A DNA stretch of 64,000 nt from Gammaproteobacteria bacterium (lineage in GTDB: Bacteria; Pseudomonadota; Gammaproteobacteria; Ga0077536): NCBI GenBank assembly GCA_963662545.2, contig CAXXLL010000002.1, positions 2,336,001-2,400,000 on the forward strand, in the 5' to 3' direction. Within the stretch, counting starts at the first letter, position 1; every line of letters starts with the position of its first letter. Under the pieces are notes generated by a model, which saw only the letters and a program-made list of their open reading frames with translations, had not been told where the DNA came from and searched no databases. The translations under genes were made by a program, and so were the position numbers. Below are positions 58,664-64,000 of the stretch, piece after piece.

Positions 58664-58708
58664 TCAATTCGGATAGACTTAATTCGACCACTCGCAAAGG
58701 AAACAGAC

Positions 58709-58783
58709 ATGGCTTGGAAAACTCCTGCATATAACGACGTCCGGTTCGGTTTTGAAATCACGATGTACATCAACAACCGCTGA
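58709..58783 (+). CDS. pqqA: PQQ precursor peptide, copy 2 (MAWKTPAYNDVRFGFEITMYINNR)
   Basis: Manual translation: 24 aa with E-x3-Y core; AAGGA RBS; own terminator. Confidence 0.97.
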   Translation: MAWKTPAYNDVRFGFEITMYINNR

Positions 58784-58800
58784 ACGCCGACAAACTCCGT

Positions 58801-58828
58801 AAAAAGGGGCCGATGGCCCCTTTTTTTC
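58801..58828 (+). terminator. Rho-independent terminator after pqqA2
   Basis: aaaaaGGGGCC-gat-GGCCCCttttttt. Confidence 0.92.
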
Positions 58829-59091
58829 TGCTCCGACTCCATCAAAGCGCGAAAGGCGAGCGCCATTCACCCTTTGCGAGCGGCAGATTCGATAATGCGA
58901 CTAGAACCGGCAGCCTGATAAAAATAGTCACCGGGAGCACCATTAGCCAGTGAATCACGACGGCGACGTGTTTTTCAGAAGTTTCGGCTACTAGTGGATT
59001 TCGATGCGCGGGACGGATACGCAACCGTCATCTTAGCGTAGTACGACGGCCGACAGATCCTTTAAAATCTCGCGGGCCAACGGAAGAGGCC

Positions 59092-59390
59092 AAGCAGCCT
59101 GTCGGACTTAGGAAGAATTGACTTGGGCGTTGGGATGGCGCTCTGAGAGGCGCCATGGTCTTGTTCAGCGCATCCCTGCGCTTCACCCCTGCGGGGTTGG
59201 CGCGAAAGTTCGTTCCCGACGAATTTTTGTTCAGCGCGTCCCTGCCCTTCTCCCCTGCGGGGCCGACGCGAAAATTCGTTCCCGACGAATTTTTCGTTAA
59301 ACTGCACCACTAATCGGCTCAAACCATGACACCTCTCAGACCGCTCTCCCACCCGCATCGCTACGATTCCCTAGGTACCACAGGCTATTA
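59092..59390. mobile_element. MITE-like element family B with long imperfect inverted ends and an internal 66-bp tandem duplication
   Basis: Left agcctgtcggacttagg...tgggatggcgctctgagaggcgccatggt mirrors right accatgacacctctcagaccgctctccca...cctaggtaccacaggct; internal copies 59161-59226 and 59227-59292. Confidence 0.75.
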
Positions 59391-59508
59391 GCGCGCCCTT
59401 TCCCCCACGTTGATGAGCACCACTCTCAAATTGCTCGGTGCGTGAGCAAACAAAGGAAATACGGGGACAATTTACTTATTTCAAGAACTCATAAAACGAG
59501 ATGTACAC

Positions 59509-60105
59509 TTGCGCGAAATAAGTAAACTGTCCCCGTATTTCCGCACGCCGATACAATGGTTTGCGGTCATTTTGTGTTTCATCCACCTGGGATCGTTTCC
59601 CGTCGCGGCCGCCTCTTCGTATGACATCGAAATCAAGAAATCCCAACGCCTGCTCATCGTTCGGGAGGGTGAGGAAGTCCGCAAGGTTTATCGCATCGCC
59701 TTGGGCCGGGGCGGCCCGGGGAACAAACAACGGCTCGGCGACAGGAAAACACCGGTCGGCACCTATCGCGTGATCGGATTCAACGACCGCAGCAAGTTCG
59801 ATTTCTTCATCCGCCTTAACTACCCGAACGTCAAGGACGCGTTCTACGGGCTAAAGTCAGCCGTCATCTCCCGCGCGGAGTTCGACCGCATTATCGGCGC
59901 ATTGCGCCGCAACACACTGCCGCCACAAGATACGTCCCTGGGAGGCGCCATCGGGATCCATGGCATCGGTCCGGAAACGCCGGAAAAACTTCGGATTCAT
60001 GAAAATCTGAACTGGACGGAAGGATGCATCGCGCTGAAAAATGAAGAAATTCGCGATCTGCGGCCCTATATCCGCATCGGCACGCACGTGGTGATCAGGG
60101 AATGA
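59509..60105 (+). CDS. L,D-transpeptidase (YkuD family)
   Basis: IEIKKSQRLL, GDRKTPVG.Y, LNYPN, IGIHG...WTEGCIAL. Confidence 0.9.
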   Translation: MREISKLSPYFRTPIQWFAVILCFIHLGSFPVAAASSYDIEIKKSQRLLIVREGEEVRKVYRIALGRGGPGNKQRLGDRKTPVGTYRVIGFNDRSKFDFFIRLNYPNVKDAFYGLKSAVISRAEFDRIIGALRRNTLPPQDTSLGGAIGIHGIGPETPEKLRIHENLNWTEGCIALKNEEIRDLRPYIRIGTHVVIRE

Positions 60106-60578
60106 GGGCCGCCGTAGTATGCCTCGCTCTCGTTCTGGTAATGCCGTTCGACGACGCTCATCCATCGGAACCGCAGCCGGAGTCGACTGATCTGATCGTC
60201 CGCTACGTCGTCGACAAACCGTTTTCTGATGTAATCTTCGAACTCAATTTCGCCATTACCGAGCGGAATTTCCGAATCACCGGTCGCAATACCATCGGCG
60301 AAGGCCTCAGAAAACGCGGTTATGAGAATTTTCCTAATATCGAGGTCATCCACTTCTGCAGCCTCGAAAAGGCACGCGAAGTCCTCATGATCGATCCGGG
60401 TTTCGTAGCTCAAATGCCGTGCAGAATCGCGGTGCACGAGCAAGGCGGAAAGACCGTGATCAGCCTCATTACTCTGCCGCTGGCTCACCCCGACCCGCGG
60501 GTCAACGACTTTGCCCGACGTATGAACGCGATATTGACCGAAATTGTCGAGTTCACGCTCGACTCCAACGGAGACTGA
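60102..60578 (+). CDS. Exported DUF302-like protein
   Basis: Signal peptide; IHFCS...MPCRIAVHE cysteine pair typical of DUF302. Confidence 0.75.
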   Translation: MRAAVVCLALVLVMPFDDAHPSEPQPESTDLIVRYVVDKPFSDVIFELNFAITERNFRITGRNTIGEGLRKRGYENFPNIEVIHFCSLEKAREVLMIDPGFVAQMPCRIAVHEQGGKTVISLITLPLAHPDPRVNDFARRMNAILTEIVEFTLDSNGD

Positions 60579-60583
60579 ACAGG

Positions 60584-61315
60584 GTGAAACTGCGGGATTT
60601 CGATCACTGGCTGCTGCTCATTTGGTTACTGATTACGGGGCTCATTGTCTTCGGGCTCGTCGTAAGTTGGCATGAAAGCCTGCTGCAAACGCTTTTCGCC
60701 ACCGATAAGAGCCGTATATCGCTCCTGATCGGGCTGCTCTATTTCCTGGGCACCGCACATTGTGCAAAGCGCACCGCATATCTTGCCGCCGAAATAGACA
60801 TCGTTGCACGCGTGGACAATGCGGTCGGCGCACAAGCCGCACCCGTTCAGTTCGACGGGGACAGCATCAGAATCCAGGGGCAGGGGGTATCGACCGATAG
60901 CATTCTCGGCGGCCACCTCATCGCGCTTTCCGGCACGCGGCGGGGTGCTGAGGCTCGTGTCCAAGACTCTGAGCACTCTACTCTCGTCGACGTACTCGTT
61001 TCGCAGGCTAAGGGCTCCCACGATATCGGTTGGTTCGTCGTCGATATCCTGTTGAAGCTCGGCCTTATCGGTACCATCGTCGGCTTTATTCTGATGATGA
61101 GTTCGGTCGCTGATACCGCCTCGCTCGACGTCAACACGATGCAAAAGGTGCTCAAGCAGATGAGTGCGGGAATGGGTACGGCCTTGTTCACAACCTTGGC
61201 CGGATTGACCGGCAGCATCTTACTCGGCCTGCAGTACCTGCTGCTCGACAAAGGCGCTGATTTACTCATTGAACGAATATTGAGACTTTCGGAATCGCGT
61301 CTGTTGCTACCGTGA
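60584..61315 (+). CDS. MotA/TolQ/ExbB-like proton-channel protein
   Basis: Four TMs; LLKLGLIGTIVGFILM and GMGTALFTTLAGL; GTG start at 60584. Confidence 0.82.
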   Translation: MKLRDFDHWLLLIWLLITGLIVFGLVVSWHESLLQTLFATDKSRISLLIGLLYFLGTAHCAKRTAYLAAEIDIVARVDNAVGAQAAPVQFDGDSIRIQGQGVSTDSILGGHLIALSGTRRGAEARVQDSEHSTLVDVLVSQAKGSHDIGWFVVDILLKLGLIGTIVGFILMMSSVADTASLDVNTMQKVLKQMSAGMGTALFTTLAGLTGSILLGLQYLLLDKGADLLIERILRLSESRLLLP

Positions 61316-61580
61316 CTAGCCCGCATATTGCACGAAGGCGGCCGCAGCGCTCGGAGAAGTGATTGAGAAAACAGGATAATTCAAGCCATTCGACGATGTT
61401 CGAACAAGTCGCAATGGGTACCGCCACTTGCAGCCTACGACGGCGCCGGCTGGTCCATGCACGCCCGGACTCAGGTCAAGCTCTCGCCATAGCGACAGCT
61501 CTGACTCGAGTTCCAGACCGGCGTCCAGACGCACCTGTCCTCAGCCGGCACCGCCGTACTTCATGCAATATGCGGGCTAG
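61316..61580. mobile_element. MITE family C inside the motor-like operon
   Basis: Ends CTAGCCCGCATATTGCACGAAG and CTTCATGCAATATGCGGGCTAG are 21/22 inverted matches; CTAG at both ends. Confidence 0.88.
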
Positions 61581-61595
61581 CTGAACATATCCAAG

Positions 61596-62201
61596 ATGGC
61601 ATTCGGCAACAGTTGGCAATCCATTCGCAAGGGCTCTGATCCCTTTACTGATCTACTATTCAACGCCTTACTCGGATTCACCTACCTGTTTCTTATTGCG
61701 ATCATGTTCATGAATCCGGTCGCGAAAAAAGGCATTATCGATCCGAAGGCCGAATACATCATTACCATCGGGTGGCCCGACAATAATCCGGACGACATCG
61801 ACACCTGGGTCGAGGACCCCAGCGGCAACGTGATCTGGTTCCGCAACCGCGAGGCGGGATTGATTCATCTCGACCGCGACGATCGCGGTATAGTCAACGA
61901 CACGATCGTTATCAATGGAACGGAAATCCAGAATCCCTTGAACCAGGAGGTGGTGACCATTCGCGGCGTCGTACCGGGCGAATACGTCATTAACCTTCAC
62001 TACTATGCGACCGAGACCAACAAACCCGTAAAGACAACGGTCAAGGTGGCCAAGGTCAATCCGGCACTGGAAATCGTTTATTATGGCGACACGGTGCTGG
62101 ACGAGAAGGGAGACGAAAAAACTGCCGTGCGTTTCGTCATTGATAAATCCGGCCGCGTCGATCAGATCAGTCATATTTTTAAAAGCCTCGTGATCTTCTA
62201 G
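61596..62201 (+). CDS. Single-TM MotB/ExbD-like partner with an unusual periplasmic domain
   Basis: DPFTDLLFNALLGFTYLFLIAIMFM TM with Asp19; then DIDTWVEDPSG, LDRDDRG, NQEVVTIRG..PGEYVINLHYY (YfaP/DUF2135-like). Confidence 0.7.
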   Translation: MAFGNSWQSIRKGSDPFTDLLFNALLGFTYLFLIAIMFMNPVAKKGIIDPKAEYIITIGWPDNNPDDIDTWVEDPSGNVIWFRNREAGLIHLDRDDRGIVNDTIVINGTEIQNPLNQEVVTIRGVVPGEYVINLHYYATETNKPVKTTVKVAKVNPALEIVYYGDTVLDEKGDEKTAVRFVIDKSGRVDQISHIFKSLVIF

Positions 62202-62379
62202 CAGGCTGATGAAAACCGTTTTCATTTGTGTTTCCGGGGTATGGACATATCGGCGGCTGTTGCACACACCGGTGCTCAACGAATTGAACGCGTGGGGACC
62301 CGCGTCACCGCGTCTTGTCGTGTGAAAATATCGAGACTACAATTTTTATCGACGCCTTAACTCTTGAGGAGCAGCCAGA

Positions 62380-62901
62380 TTGGTTTTACTAGGGCAATCC
62401 GGACTCATCAGCGCATATATCATCATCGCCCTGTTGCTCGTCAGCCTGAACCTGTACACGCAGTGGTCATGGCGCGTCAAAGCGTCTTTGATCGTGATCG
62501 TTTCCGGATTCTATTTGGTCACGTATTTTTCGCTGCCGCCCTTGCTCGGCTGGCCGACCGACGACACGCTTCCGCAACGCTTCAACCTGGTGGCCATTTA
62601 TGTCCAGGAACCGGACAAATCGACCGGGGCAGAAGGCGAGATTTTCCTTTGGGCGACGGATATGGCCAAAGGACCGCGAGGCGCCGAACCCCGCGCGTAT
62701 CGGGTGCCCTTTACCGGCGCGTTACATGCCAAGGTTGTCGAGGCCGGCAATAAAATCCGCAAAGGTCTCCCGCAACTCGGAGAAATCAGTGAAGAACAAG
62801 TCGGACCCCACGCGCGGCCTACCGATGCGACACAGGGCGGACAAAAGAGCGTGGCAATTGAGTTTTTCGACCTCCCCGATCCCTTATTTCCCGAGAAATG
62901 A
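62380..62901 (+). CDS. Hypothetical membrane protein (2 TM plus soluble domain)
   Basis: TM pair, LLGWPT, IFLW, EPRAYRVPF, LPDPLFPEK. Confidence 0.7.
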   Translation: MVLLGQSGLISAYIIIALLLVSLNLYTQWSWRVKASLIVIVSGFYLVTYFSLPPLLGWPTDDTLPQRFNLVAIYVQEPDKSTGAEGEIFLWATDMAKGPRGAEPRAYRVPFTGALHAKVVEAGNKIRKGLPQLGEISEEQVGPHARPTDATQGGQKSVAIEFFDLPDPLFPEK

Positions 62902-64000
62902 GGCCCGCGTCTCCGACAAGCAAGCGGGTGTCCGGGACGGATGATCGGAATCCTACGATCGTTCGGAACCCACGAGTCGGTCGTGCAAGTCTCGTGTGCG
63001 TATGTGGCATTCTCGCCGCGATCAGCGGCACGCTTTGGGCAGCGACACTTACCGAACACATGGACATCGCGTGCCTGCAAGACGAATCGCTAAAGCTGAA
63101 TTGCTCGTACCGACTACTTGCCGCAGGGGAATTGAGTTCCGCGGTTGCCGAACTCAACGGACAAGTTGTTGAAGGACGCATCACGACTCGCTATCCGGGA
63201 GATGCCGATACGATCGCCATTCTCATTCTCATCGACACGAGCGATCCGGCGCGACAGCCCGTCATCGAAAAGAATATCTCTCATATTGACGCACTACTGG
63301 ACGTTGCAGCACCCCACCACCGATTTGCGCTCGCTACGTTCGACACCGATCTCTATCTGCTCGCACCCGTAGGCAGTTCGAATGACGAAGTGCGAGAAGG
63401 CGCGCAAGGGATTCACGCCAAGGGGAAGACGACTGAATTGTACCGTAACGTTCTCGAAGCAGTGCGTATGATCGGTAAAAGCCAGGCCGATCGAAAAGTA
63501 CTTCTCATCATGTCCGACGGCTTGGCTGAAGACTACGCCTACCACCACGAAGACGTCGTCCCATTGGCGCGCGATTACGGTGTCATCATTAACAGTATCG
63601 GCTATCCGAGGTCCGTAGCAAAATCCGTCGCCTTACAGACGGTCAGGCGTTTGAGCGACGAGACCGGCGGTATCTACGTACAGGCAGATCACGTCGATTA
63701 CTCTATCCCGCCGGGGTTTTTCACCCGCATGCTCACGGCGCTGGACTCGGGCGGCACACTGGAGTTCGACTTGCGCCCACTGGCCAAACTGGGCGGCGCG
63801 GGAACGGTCGACCTCTCGCTCGGATTTCAGACCAGGGACCAAAGTTTTCTCGTGCTTGCGCCGGTCGTCTTTCCGCAGGCCGTCGGTATCATCCATCCTG
63901 CCGATGCCACCGCCGTGTCAGCGGGATCCGATAGCACGGCCGCTAGCGTCCCGACGGCGCTGTCTTATCCACCCTTGAGACCTGCGGCGACGGTACCGGC
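62898..64000 (+). CDS. VWA-domain protein, partial (runs off the window)
   Basis: Manual translation from ATG 62898 (overlaps the upstream TGA): hydrophobic segment, ILILIDTSD, TTELY, LLIMSDG, LSDETGG; missing from the ORF track, consistent with no stop in the window. Confidence 0.8.
   Translation, partial: MRPASPTSKRVSGTDDRNPTIVRNPRVGRASLVCVCGILAAISGTLWAATLTEHMDIACLQDESLKLNCSYRLLAAGELSSAVAELNGQVVEGRITTRYPGDADTIAILILIDTSDPARQPVIEKNISHIDALLDVAAPHHRFALATFDTDLYLLAPVGSSNDEVREGAQGIHAKGKTTELYRNVLEAVRMIGKSQADRKVLLIMSDGLAEDYAYHHEDVVPLARDYGVIINSIGYPRSVAKSVALQTVRRLSDETGGIYVQADHVDYSIPPGFFTRMLTALDSGGTLEFDLRPLAKLGGAGTVDLSLGFQTRDQSFLVLAPVVFPQAVGIIHPADATAVSAGSDSTAASVPTALSYPPLRPAATVP

Noticed and set aside
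58594-58870. Minus-strand ORFs over pqqA2 (and 32368-32646 over pqqA1)
   Set aside because: Antisense shadows of the real pqqA genes
59161-59292. tRNA or CRISPR in the 66-bp repeats
   Set aside because: No cloverleaf or T-loop consensus; only two adjacent units with no spacer
60584-62201. Zorya ZorAB or flagellar MotAB
   Set aside because: No long ZorA tail, no OmpA-like domain in the partner, and no zorC/D/E or flagellar genes in the window
62199-62235. MITE end (ctagcaggctgatgaaaac)
   Set aside because: Only one end visible and no matching inverted partner; at most a remnant

Overview
GC-rich (roughly 60% by eye) chromosomal window, probably from a gammaproteobacterium (inferred from protein resemblance), dominated by cofactor and C1/alcohol-aldehyde metabolism. 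It holds Moco genes (moaB; moaA-mobA-mobB-moeA; moaD-moaE; moaC) interleaved with a split PQQ pathway: pqqB lies downstream of moaE, pqqA-C-D-E is separate, and a second stand-alone pqqA lies 26 kb away (both pqqA genes are too short for the ORF track). Also present are H4MPT/methylofuran-cluster genes (DUF447, mfnB, pterin dehydratase), a CoxMSL-like molybdenum hydroxylase with a non-CODH active-site loop plus BKACE and CoxG, a tungsten AOR operon, and a PedA1/PedA2/TonB-receptor/two-component module of the kind found in PQQ-lanthanide loci. Main highlights: (1) both pqqA copies share a sigma54 -24/-12 box, an IHF-like site and a palindromic upstream motif, and pqqA2 is divergent from a sigma54-type two-component system, which suggests a small PQQ-precursor regulon; (2) an uncharacterised MotA/ExbB-like plus Asp-TM partner operon with an L,D-transpeptidase, DUF302 and a VWA protein at the right edge; (3) a PP2C-TM-FGE-like fusion; (4) a PqqB lacking the usual Cys motif; (5) three MITE families and three small lesions (folP, beta-propeller, ndh) that may be real or assembly errors. 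I saw no rRNA, tRNA, CRISPR array or transposase.
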